A DNA stretch of 53,914 bases. Source: Betaproteobacteria bacterium RBG_16_66_20. GTDB lineage: Bacteria > Pseudomonadota > Gammaproteobacteria > Burkholderiales > SG8-39. Location of the stretch: NCBI GenBank assembly GCA_001770285.1, contig MEQQ01000084.1:1-53914 (forward strand), read 5' to 3'. The notes under the pieces were generated by a model, which saw only the letters and a list, made by a program, of their open reading frames with translations, was not told the origin of the DNA and did no database searches. Of the stretch, positions 25,588-34,339 are shown in pieces (position 1 is the stretch's first letter; every line of letters begins with the position of its first letter). The translations under genes were made by a program, and so were the position numbers.

Positions 25588-27393
25588 CTAATGCACGCCT
25601 GCCGCCTTGCAGGCGGACTGAACGCCCGCCGCGCAAGCCGCGGCGAAATGCGGCCGCGCCTCCGCAATCCTTCCCAGACCTCTGAGCAGCACCCCGTACT
25701 GGTAATGGGCGTCGCCGTCCTTCGCCTCCAGCTGCAGCGCGCGCCGGTATTGCAGTTCGGCCTCGAGCGTTTCCCCGCGCAGCGCCCGGACCATGCCGAG
25801 ACTGGTGTAGCTGTCGACATTGTCCGGGCTCAGATCGGCGGCCGCTAGGCAGTCCGCGAGCGCTGCGTCCAGGCGCTTCAGTCGCATGAGGACGACGCAG
25901 CGCCGCGCCAGCGCCTCGGCCTGGCGCGGATCGAGCTCCAGCGCGCGGTCGAAGTCGGCCCGCGCCTCCTCGCTGCGCGCGGCGCGCATGTAAAGCGTTC
26001 CGCGCGTCATCCAGCCGAGCGCGCTGCGCGCATCGATCTTGAGGGCCTGGTTGAAGTCCGCCAGCGCCTCCGGGTACCGGCCGGCTTTGTACTGCGCGAC
26101 GCCGCGGTTGCGCCAGGCACGGTCGCTGAATGGCGCCCTGGCATCCGTATTCTTCAGCACGGCGTCATTCCATACCTTGAATTCGCTGGAGAAGCTGCCG
26201 AGCCGGTCGAAAAACGGCGGCAACAGTGCAAGTCCCGCTGCGGCGAGCAGTGCAAGTCCCCAACCCGGGCGCAGGCGCGCCACTGCGGCCGGAATTGCGG
26301 CCGGCAGCAAGCTCATCCACAGATAGCTGCGATACAGAACGAACGGCTCCTGTACGCGCACCGTGGCGACCTCGGTGATCGCGAGCAGCCAGGGCGCGAG
26401 CATCGCCAAACCGACCAGTCCCACGCGTCCGCGGCGCAGGAGCAGCACCGTCCCGGCTACGGGCCAGGCAAGCCAGGCGGCTAAACCAACCGCCTGCGGC
26501 CAACTCATCAAGTGCGACGGAAACACCGGGCGCACATCGATCGACATCCAGCCCGGCCAGGGCAGCAGCCAGGTCGCGAGATAGCGGAAAAAGAGAAGCC
26601 CCTGGTTGAGCACGCTGAGCGGATAGGCATCGAACTGGTCGGCGCTGTGGTCCGACTCCGCGAGTTGGCGCACCGCGGCTTCCGCGAAGGGCTCGTAGCG
26701 CGTGCCGAGCAGCCCTTTTGCCTTGAGCGTGACCAGGAGGGCGATCGCGGCATACAGCGCGAATGGAAGCGCGAGCTGGCGCAAATTCAGAAACGACCAG
26801 CCGCGCACCAGCAGCACCAGCGTCGCTGCGACCGCGGGCAGCATCACGCAGTGTTCCTTGGAAAACACCGCGACGAAATATGCCGCCGCAGAGGCGATGA
26901 ACCAGTGCCATTTGTTGCGGAGCAGGCCTTCCAGAAAAAGCCGCAATGAGAGCAGTGCGAACAACGCCGCCATCAGGACGCTACGCTGCATCAGGTAGGC
27001 GACCCCGTAGACCGCGGCCGGATGCGCCAGGAACAGCAGCGCGCCAAAGAAGGCATGCCAGGCGGGGGCCGTCTGATCCTGCGGCAGCAGCGCAGCGAAA
27101 AGGCGTTTCAGAAAGAGGAACAGGGTCGTTGCGACCGCCGCGTGCAGCAGCACATTGAGCAGCCGTTGCCAGATCCAGTCCCTGCCGAGAGCTTCATAGA
27201 CCCAGCCGAATGTGGCGTAGGAGAACCAGCGCAAGTCGAAGCGGAACAGCGTTGAAGCATATGAGCGCAGGAAGCGCTCGGTCAGCTGCCCGTCGTCGAA
27301 CACGGGCGGATAGCGCAGCGATCCCCAATACAGGATCAGCGCAGCAGTGAAGAACGCTGCGATCGCCCACGAGGTCCGCTGCTGCCAGGACAT
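25588..27393 (-). CDS. Polytopic membrane protein with C-terminal TPR repeats (TMTC/DUF1736-like putative GT-C glycosyltransferase)
   Basis: The 601-aa product has YPPVFDDGQL, LLNVLLHAAVA, LFLAHPAAVYGVAYLMQRS and FSKEHCVMLP motifs in a ~400-aa multi-TM N-terminal half. These are followed by TPR repeats (...AQYKAGRYPEALADFNQALKIDARSALGW..., ...EARADFDRALELDPRQAEA...). Confidence 0.8.
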   Translation of the reverse strand: MSWQQRTSWAIAAFFTAALILYWGSLRYPPVFDDGQLTERFLRSYASTLFRFDLRWFSYATFGWVYEALGRDWIWQRLLNVLLHAAVATTLFLFLKRLFAALLPQDQTAPAWHAFFGALLFLAHPAAVYGVAYLMQRSVLMAALFALLSLRLFLEGLLRNKWHWFIASAAAYFVAVFSKEHCVMLPAVAATLVLLVRGWSFLNLRQLALPFALYAAIALLVTLKAKGLLGTRYEPFAEAAVRQLAESDHSADQFDAYPLSVLNQGLLFFRYLATWLLPWPGWMSIDVRPVFPSHLMSWPQAVGLAAWLAWPVAGTVLLLRRGRVGLVGLAMLAPWLLAITEVATVRVQEPFVLYRSYLWMSLLPAAIPAAVARLRPGWGLALLAAAGLALLPPFFDRLGSFSSEFKVWNDAVLKNTDARAPFSDRAWRNRGVAQYKAGRYPEALADFNQALKIDARSALGWMTRGTLYMRAARSEEARADFDRALELDPRQAEALARRCVVLMRLKRLDAALADCLAAADLSPDNVDSYTSLGMVRALRGETLEAELQYRRALQLEAKDGDAHYQYGVLLRGLGRIAEARPHFAAACAAGVQSACKAAGVH

Positions 27394-27474
27394 CGGCGAA
27401 GTATCGCATCGCGGCGCGCGGATTCCCCGGGACGCCGGCGCCCCGGGGGCCCCGCAACTTATCGACCCGTCCGC

Positions 27475-27813
27475 TCAGGCGGCGAGCCGGCCGTACTTCA
27501 CGAGCCGGGCGCGCACCCCGGTCTGGGTGCGCTGGTGCGCGGCCGCGAGATCCGGCAGGCCCCGCCCGGCGTCGAAGCCGGCAAGAAGCCTGCGGTCCTC
27601 GTCCTCCGTCCACGGCTCGCCGGTCTTGGCGGGGAGCTGCTGCTTGCGCCGCTCGAAGCGCTCGGCTTTTTCCAGCGCCTCGGCCGCCGCATACAACGCG
27701 CGCACGGTCTGCGCGCGCTGGTAGACGCTGTCGGCCGGGAATACTTCGCCGCTGTCCGGATCGACGCCGTTGGCGAGCGAGCGCACCACGCTCAATGCTT
27801 CGGATTGATTCAT
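27475..27813 (-). CDS. Hypothetical protein with a Myb/SANT-like C-terminal helix-turn-helix
   Basis: The start is moved to the ATG at 27813, preceded by GGGAGGGGG. The 112-aa product has a C-terminal GEPWTEDEDRRLLAGFDAGRGLPDLAAAHQRTQTGVRARL, matching the W-x2-E-E/D-D-x2-L Myb/SANT-type pattern. Its GC is host-like and high. Confidence 0.6.
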   Translation of the reverse strand: MNQSEALSVVRSLANGVDPDSGEVFPADSVYQRAQTVRALYAAAEALEKAERFERRKQQLPAKTGEPWTEDEDRRLLAGFDAGRGLPDLAAAHQRTQTGVRARLVKYGRLAA

Positions 27814-27845
27814 TCCGTTCACCCCCTCCCTACAGACAAGTCCTG

Positions 27846-27880
27846 TAGAGGATGAACGTATGTACAGCACTAGAGGATGA
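27846..27880. repeat. 10-bp direct repeat TAGAGGATGA x2 (27846-27855 and 27871-27880) at the islet edge, next to the inverted repeat CTACAG-N7-CTGTAG (27830-27848)
   Basis: Read directly from the sequence. The repeats lie in the 72-nt spacer between the DUF5131 stop (27886) and the start of the 112-aa gene (27813). Confidence 0.6.
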
Positions 27881-27885
27881 CAGCT

Positions 27886-28626
27886 TTACGCGGCAATTTG
27901 ATTCCAGGCGCGGCCGACTGGGTACTGACGGACACGCAGGCGAGGAGGAATTACATTCAGGTCGCCGCCTTTGCTTTGCTTTCCGCCCATCTGCTTCATA
28001 AAGAACGCGACACCGGCGGATTTGCATTGGCGCAGTACTGAGCCAGCCCACAACGGATTCATTGGCCGCGCTCGAGGTCCGGACTCACCCCCTACGATTA
28101 CCCAGTCAATCCCCCGCAAGACGAGCTTGTCCAGCGGGCCAATTAAAGGCTCACAAGACAGGAATCTCACCCTTGCTGGCGTCGCTTGAAGATCCTCAAT
28201 CCGCCGCAGGACCCGCCCATCCTCAACGCTTACGCCCATCCATATGTTTTCCGGCCATGGGAGCTCCATAGCCAGTGCGCGCAGTCTTTCGCTTCGCTTT
28301 GTGAGAATTTGGAATATGTGCTGAGGACAGTCCAACATGGTCTGAAATACGCTTTTCAGGAACCCGTCTGGAACATCTTCATGAAAAAGGTCGCTCATCG
28401 AATTCACAAAAACCATACGGCCACGCTTCCAAGTCCTCGGCAATGAGACTAAATCCCCATGCATCATTACCTGAAATCCATTTCGATAACGCTCACTGCC
28501 CATGGCCTTCAACCGGCCCGCCATCCGCTCGGCGTAGCAGTTCTTGCAACCCTGGCTCACCTTGGTGCAGCCGGTAACCGGGTTCCAAGTCATTTCTGTC
28601 CACTCAATCCTTGAGTTCGTTGCCAT
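27886..28626 (-). CDS. DUF5131 (phage Gp37/Gp68 family) three-Cys-motif protein
   Basis: The 246-aa product begins IEWTEMTWNPVTGCTKVSQGCKNCYAERM (C-x7-C-x2-C), followed by FVNSMSDLFHE, ILTKR, FLSCEPLIGPL and WVIVGGESGP. This is the pattern I associate with PF07505/DUF5131. Its GC is markedly lower than the flanks. Confidence 0.85.
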   Translation of the reverse strand: MATNSRIEWTEMTWNPVTGCTKVSQGCKNCYAERMAGRLKAMGSERYRNGFQVMMHGDLVSLPRTWKRGRMVFVNSMSDLFHEDVPDGFLKSVFQTMLDCPQHIFQILTKRSERLRALAMELPWPENIWMGVSVEDGRVLRRIEDLQATPARVRFLSCEPLIGPLDKLVLRGIDWVIVGGESGPRARPMNPLWAGSVLRQCKSAGVAFFMKQMGGKQSKGGDLNVIPPRLRVRQYPVGRAWNQIAA

Positions 28627-28640
28627 TCGGTGGCGCGCGC

Positions 28641-29462
28641 CTAAAAAAGATTGCCTTGCTTTACAAGTCTACAGGCATCCTTCCATAGCTTGATTGCCAA
28701 CTGTGCGCGTGAGAAGAAGGCGAGGCGATACAAACTCTGCTTACGGTTATTTGTTATCGATGGTAAGTCTGGGGCGCAAATCAAACCCAAACGCTCCACA
28801 CAAGAAATCCAATATGTCATGAAATCAAACCGCGTGGATTCACTGGACTGCCGTATGTCAATTGCCGTTTCCCATCCGGGCGCAAATTTTTCGAGGCGCG
28901 GATCCTTGTTACGTAAATAGGTGACCAGATTTCTAGTCAAATCATGTGTGCTGAAGTGAACTATAAGATCCATGTGTTCAAGCTTCGCCAATGTCTTGAT
29001 CGCCGCAAACGTCAGCGCGCCAATGTTGTAAGGATCCAAGAATGCTAGATGGAGACCGCGGCGGTCCAGCTGACCGGCGACACGCGCGGCTGTTGCCTCT
29101 GCCTCTCCGAATATTGCGGTTACAGGAGCATCCAACGCGCGAAGCCGTCGTTCGCACGTGTTCGCCCGCGACTCATCCGCATCGGCGACGAATACCGAGG
29201 TAAACGGCACCCCTTTGTCGCGCGATATTTTCCATGCGGCGACTGGACTTCCGTCCATAAATTCCTTCGTTTTTCTGAGCTGCACACGTCCGGCCCCACA
29301 GAACAAGTCAATGTAGGTGCGGATTGGAAACTTTCGACGTGCCTCTCGGGCACAATCGATGTACCGCTCCAAACGATGGAGTTTTTCCGGTGCCCAGTCA
29401 CCGACAACAAGAGTGGGAAGTCCGTCCGCCACATCTGTCACTAGGTCAGCTTTGGCGCTCAT
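28641..29462 (-). CDS. tcmP: Three-Cys-motif partner protein TcmP-like (SAM-methyltransferase-like motifs)
   Basis: The 273-aa product has GDWAPEKLHRLERYI...TYIDLFCGAG (an MTase motif I-like G-loop) and LAFLDPYNIG (a DPPY-like motif IV). It lies 14 nt upstream of the DUF5131 gene, the conserved pairing I recall for TIGR04474. Its GC is low. Confidence 0.8.
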   Translation of the reverse strand: MSAKADLVTDVADGLPTLVVGDWAPEKLHRLERYIDCAREARRKFPIRTYIDLFCGAGRVQLRKTKEFMDGSPVAAWKISRDKGVPFTSVFVADADESRANTCERRLRALDAPVTAIFGEAEATAARVAGQLDRRGLHLAFLDPYNIGALTFAAIKTLAKLEHMDLIVHFSTHDLTRNLVTYLRNKDPRLEKFAPGWETAIDIRQSSESTRFDFMTYWISCVERLGLICAPDLPSITNNRKQSLYRLAFFSRAQLAIKLWKDACRLVKQGNLF

Positions 29463-29480
29463 ACTGGTCGCACGTCAATG

Positions 29481-29926
29481 CTAGTCGTCTTTCAACGTCT
29501 CCAAGGCTTGTCGGATGACATCGTAGGAAAAGCCACGGCCCTGAAGAAATCGAGCCCGCTTCGCACGCTCTTCGCGCGTCGCCGCCGGCGCGCGGTATTT
29601 CCGGCTCAGAATGCCGCTGGCGCGCTCCAGCTCGCCTTCGGAGGAAATGCGTTCGATGGTTTCCCGATCGACCCCCTTGGCCTTCAGGTCCTGGCGGATC
29701 CTCGCCGCGCCGTATTTGCGCGACAGCGAGCGGACCCGCTCCTCGGCGTAGCGCTGGTCTGAAAGCTGCTTCTTCTGTACGAGCGCGTCGAGAATCGCGG
29801 CAACAACTTCCGAAGATCCTGCATGCGGCCCCAGCTTGCGTGCGAGCTCGGCCCGGGAGTGCTCCCGGCGCGCGAGCAGCCGCAACGCCCGCGCCCGGAG
29901 CTCTACCGGGGTGTCAGGTCCGTCTT

Positions 29927-29930
<4 letters not shown>
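29481..29930 (-). CDS. recX: RecA regulator RecX
   Basis: The 149-aa product has [23 protein letters not shown] and repeated three-helix modules. It overlaps the recA stop by 4 nt. Confidence 0.9.
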
Positions 29931-30988
<1,058 letters not shown>

Positions 30989-31071
30989 TATGTACCTCTT
31001 CTTCTGGTTGTCGGCATCATTCGGCAGGCTCACCCCCTGCGGGGACCGAGTTCCTGGGCCGGCACCGGATA

Positions 31072-31087
31072 CTGTATAAATGCACAT
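31072..31087. promoter_or_regulatory. Putative LexA (SOS) box upstream of recA
   Basis: TACTGTATAAATGCACATGTA contains CTGT-N8-ACAT, one mismatch from the CTGT-N8-ACAG consensus. It lies 84-99 nt upstream of the recA GTG. Confidence 0.5.
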
Positions 31088-31162
31088 GTATTGTGGTCGG
31101 TTGACAGGCCGCTGTCAAACGGCCTGCGGTAAAATCGGAAAAACTTCTTTGGAGACAAGACG

Positions 31163-32035
31163 ATGGCGAAAATTTCCTTCCTCGGCCTCGGCGTCATGGG
31201 CTACCCGATGGCGGGCCATCTGCTGAAAAAGGGCGGCCACGAAGTGACCGTCTACAACCGCAGCCCGGCCAAGGCCGCCCAGTGGGTCAAGGAGCACGGC
31301 GGCAAGTCCGCCCCCAGCCCGCGCGAGGCGGCACAGGGTGCCGACGTCGTCATGATGTGCGTCGGCAACGACGATGACGTGCGCTCGGTCGCCTACGGGG
31401 ACAACGGGGTGCTCGCCGGGCTGAAGAAGGGCGCGGTCCTGGTCGACCACACCACGGCATCGGCCGTCGTTGCCCGGGAACTGCATACGAAGTGCAAGGA
31501 AAAAGGCGTCGGTTTCGTCGACGCACCGGTCTCCGGGGGCCAGGCGGGCGCAGTGAACGGGCAGCTCGGCATCATGTGCGGCGGCGACCAGGCCGATTAC
31601 GACAGGGCGCTGCCGGTGCTCAACGTCTACGCCAAGATGTGCGCGCGGATCGGCGGCGCGGGCGCCGGCCAGCTCACCAAGATGGTCAATCAGGTCGCCA
31701 TCGTCGGACTGCTGCAGGGCCTGGCGGAAGCGCTCAACTTCGGCAAGCAGGCCGGCCTCGACATGGACAAGGTGATCTCGGTGATTTCCAAGGGCGCGGC
31801 CCAGTCCTGGCAGATGGACAACCGCTGGAAGACCATGGTCGAAGGCAAGTTCGAGGGCTTCGGCTTCGCCAGCGACTGGATGCGCAAGGACCTCAACATC
31901 GCGCTCGCGGAAGCGAAGAAGAACGGCGCCCACATGCCCGGCACCGCGCTGATCGAGCAGTATTACGGCCGCATCAGCGCGGCAGGCCACGGCCGCTGGG
32001 ACAACACCGCGCTGATGGGGCTGCTGGCGAAATAA
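31163..32035 (+). CDS. NAD(P)-dependent oxidoreductase, 3-hydroxyisobutyrate/6-phosphogluconate dehydrogenase-like family
   Basis: MAKISFLGLGVMGYPMAGHLLKKGGHEVTVYNRS is the Rossmann GxGxMG motif. ...DAPVSGG...GAGQLTKMVNQ is the family signature. Confidence 0.85.
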   Translation: MAKISFLGLGVMGYPMAGHLLKKGGHEVTVYNRSPAKAAQWVKEHGGKSAPSPREAAQGADVVMMCVGNDDDVRSVAYGDNGVLAGLKKGAVLVDHTTASAVVARELHTKCKEKGVGFVDAPVSGGQAGAVNGQLGIMCGGDQADYDRALPVLNVYAKMCARIGGAGAGQLTKMVNQVAIVGLLQGLAEALNFGKQAGLDMDKVISVISKGAAQSWQMDNRWKTMVEGKFEGFGFASDWMRKDLNIALAEAKKNGAHMPGTALIEQYYGRISAAGHGRWDNTALMGLLAK

Positions 32036-32048
32036 CAGCGCAGGCGCG

Positions 32049-34259
32049 TCAGGATAGTTCCAGCAGGAGCAGCTCGGAGTTCGCGAAGCGCAGGCGGATC
32101 GCGAGCATCCGCGCCAGTCCTTCGAACAGGTTGATCGCCAGCCGCTTGTGCTCGCTCGCCATGGCGTCGAAGCGCTTGCGCGAAAGCGCGTAGAGATCCG
32201 TGTCGGAAAAAGCGACCGCGTCGGCCGAGCGCGCGGCGCCGTCCAGAAACGACATCTCGCCGATGAAATCGCCGCGTCCGAACGTCGCCAGGTGGTGGCT
32301 CTGCTTGTCGTCCAGCGGCAGCATGATGCGGACCGACCCGCGCCGGATCAGCAGCAGCTCGTCACCGCTTTCGCCGCGCGCGAAAATCTTCTCGCCCCGC
32401 TTGAAGGAGCGCTTGTCCATGCAAGCTTCCAATGCGGCGAGGGTCTCCGCCTTGCGGTTCCTGAACAGCTCGATTTCCCCGAGCTCGAGCGGCTTTTCCG
32501 CGGCGCGCTCCAGGCGCGCCTCCTCGAGGATCCGGTTCTCGACCCATTCCAGCGCGTCATCGAGCTCGCCGAACGCGCGCACCTGGTGCTCCTTCCTCAC
32601 CAGGCCAACCTCGTCGAAGTACTGGCGCATGTCCCGGCCGCTGGCCACGTTCTGCGGCAGCTGGCTGAAGATCAGGAACGCTTTGCGCTCCGTGAGCAGG
32701 TCCTCGATCAGTTCGAGCACGTGCGCCGCGGTTACGTCCACCGACTGCACGCGACGCAAGTCGAGGATGATGTAGGTCCGCGTTTTCAGGTCGGGCTCGA
32801 GCGCCGTGTAGAGCTGGTCGGTGGTGCCGAAGAAAAGGCTTCCCTGGAGCTCGAAAATCGCCGTCTGGTCGCCGCGCTGCTCGAGGATCGCCATCTCTGC
32901 CGGCAGGCGCACCTGCTTCGAGAACGTCTGGTTGCCCATCGACTTGCGCCGCACCACGGCACCGCCGATCTGCTCGCGGATGAACAGCAGGATGGCAAGG
33001 CCGATGCCAACGCCGGAGGCCGCGATCAGGCTGACCGTCTCGGCGACCGCGATCACCGCGACGATCACCATGAAGTCGAGCATTGTCGAGCGCTGGCGCA
33101 GCAGCTGCAGGCTGTGCAGGTCGAACATCCGCACCCCGATCACGATCAGGATGCCTGCCAGGGCCGCGATCGGTATCCACTGGATCACGTTCTGGAGGAC
33201 GAGAAACGCGGCGAGCGTCAGCAATCCGGCGGTGAGGCCCGACAGCCGCGTCAGGCCGCCGCTCGACATGTTGACCAGCGTCGCGCCCATGGTCCCCGCG
33301 CCCGGCACCCCGCCAACGGCCGCTGCAGCGAGGTTGCCGAGGCCCTGCCCGATCAGCACGCGGTTCGAGTCATGGCGGGTCCGCGTCAGCGCGTCCGTCA
33401 CCACGCAGGTCTTCAGGGTGTCGATCGAGAGCAGTACGGCGAGCGTCAAGGCGGGGATGATCACGCTGACCAGCTCCTTCCGGCCCAGGCCGCCGAACGC
33501 CTGCCAACGCCCGACGATCGCGTCGGTGAAGCCGACATCCGAGACGCTCAGACTTCCCACCACGAGCGCGTTTCCGGCCAACTCCAGCAGCGAGCGGTCT
33601 GCGAGTCCCAGCGCGAAGTACGACAGCACGCCTGCCGCGAGACCGAGAATCGCCGCCGGCACCGCTTTGGTCAGCCTGGGCGCCGCCAGCATCACGCCCA
33701 CCGTGATCGCGCCGACCAGTATCCCCTGCCATTGCCAGGCCGACGGCGACCGCAGCACCTCCCAGAGGGGTGCGCCTTGTGGTGCGCCAAGAAACTTCGG
33801 CACCTGGCTGAGGATGATGATGAGGCCGACACCGCTCAGGTAGCCGCTCACCACCGGGTAGGGCATGTACTTGATCAGGCGCCCGATCCTGATCGCCCCG
33901 AAAAGCACCTGGAGCAAACCGCACATCAGACCCATGAGGATCAGCATCAGAAGCACGGATTGCGGAGCCACGCCATGCTGCGAGACCTGAATTGCGAACG
34001 CCGACAGCACCGCCGCCGCCGGCGCGCAGGGCGCGCTTATCAGCCGCTCGGCGCCGCCAAGGGCTGCGGCAACAAGGCCGATCGCGGTCGCGCCGAGAAT
34101 CCCCGCCACCGCTCCCTGCGCGGCGTACTCGTGGCCGAGAGGCGACAGGATCGTGACGCCAAAGGCGATCGCGGACGGCAACGCCACGAGCATGGCGGCG
34201 AGCCCGCCCCACGCGTCCCCCCGCCAGTTATCCCATCGCCATTCGCCCAAGATATTCAT
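32049..34259 (-). CDS. SulP-family anion transporter fused to STAS and a C-terminal cyclic-nucleotide-binding domain
   Basis: The 736-aa product has an N-terminal GGLAAMLVALPSAIAFG... SulP core, a central STAS-like region (IFELQGSLFFGT...ILDLRRVQSVDVTA), and a C-terminal FARGESGDELLLIRRGSVRI...GDFIGEMSFLDGAARSADAVA. Confidence 0.9.
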   Translation of the reverse strand: MNILGEWRWDNWRGDAWGGLAAMLVALPSAIAFGVTILSPLGHEYAAQGAVAGILGATAIGLVAAALGGAERLISAPCAPAAAVLSAFAIQVSQHGVAPQSVLLMLILMGLMCGLLQVLFGAIRIGRLIKYMPYPVVSGYLSGVGLIIILSQVPKFLGAPQGAPLWEVLRSPSAWQWQGILVGAITVGVMLAAPRLTKAVPAAILGLAAGVLSYFALGLADRSLLELAGNALVVGSLSVSDVGFTDAIVGRWQAFGGLGRKELVSVIIPALTLAVLLSIDTLKTCVVTDALTRTRHDSNRVLIGQGLGNLAAAAVGGVPGAGTMGATLVNMSSGGLTRLSGLTAGLLTLAAFLVLQNVIQWIPIAALAGILIVIGVRMFDLHSLQLLRQRSTMLDFMVIVAVIAVAETVSLIAASGVGIGLAILLFIREQIGGAVVRRKSMGNQTFSKQVRLPAEMAILEQRGDQTAIFELQGSLFFGTTDQLYTALEPDLKTRTYIILDLRRVQSVDVTAAHVLELIEDLLTERKAFLIFSQLPQNVASGRDMRQYFDEVGLVRKEHQVRAFGELDDALEWVENRILEEARLERAAEKPLELGEIELFRNRKAETLAALEACMDKRSFKRGEKIFARGESGDELLLIRRGSVRIMLPLDDKQSHHLATFGRGDFIGEMSFLDGAARSADAVAFSDTDLYALSRKRFDAMASEHKRLAINLFEGLARMLAIRLRFANSELLLLELS

Positions 34260-34339
34260 GCCAGCGACACATGCTAGCCGCCCGCCGACCGGGCCTATTG
34301 ATGTGCCTCAAGTCATTCCGTGCGAGGGGAGGCGGTTTT

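Larger units (their letters stand above)
27830..29480. other. Lower-GC two-gene islet (DUF5131 + TcmP) inserted between recX and the alaS-proximal genes
   Basis: By eye, 60-nt lines in this interval run ~38-55% GC, against ~65-70% on both flanks. The boundaries coincide with the recX stop (29481) and the repeat-containing spacer at 27830-27885. No integrase, transposase or tRNA is present. Confidence 0.6.

Noticed and set aside
27425-27448. GC-only hairpin CCCCGGG-N10-CCCGGGG downstream of the 112-aa gene, as a terminator
   Set aside because: No U tract follows on the minus strand. Such GC palindromes are common by chance at this GC content.
27830-29480. Calling the low-GC cassette a mobile element, prophage or integrative island
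   Set aside because: There is no integrase, transposase, tRNA target or flanking direct repeats matching at both ends. Only the compositional break and the phage-named family support horizontal origin, so it is typed as 'other'.
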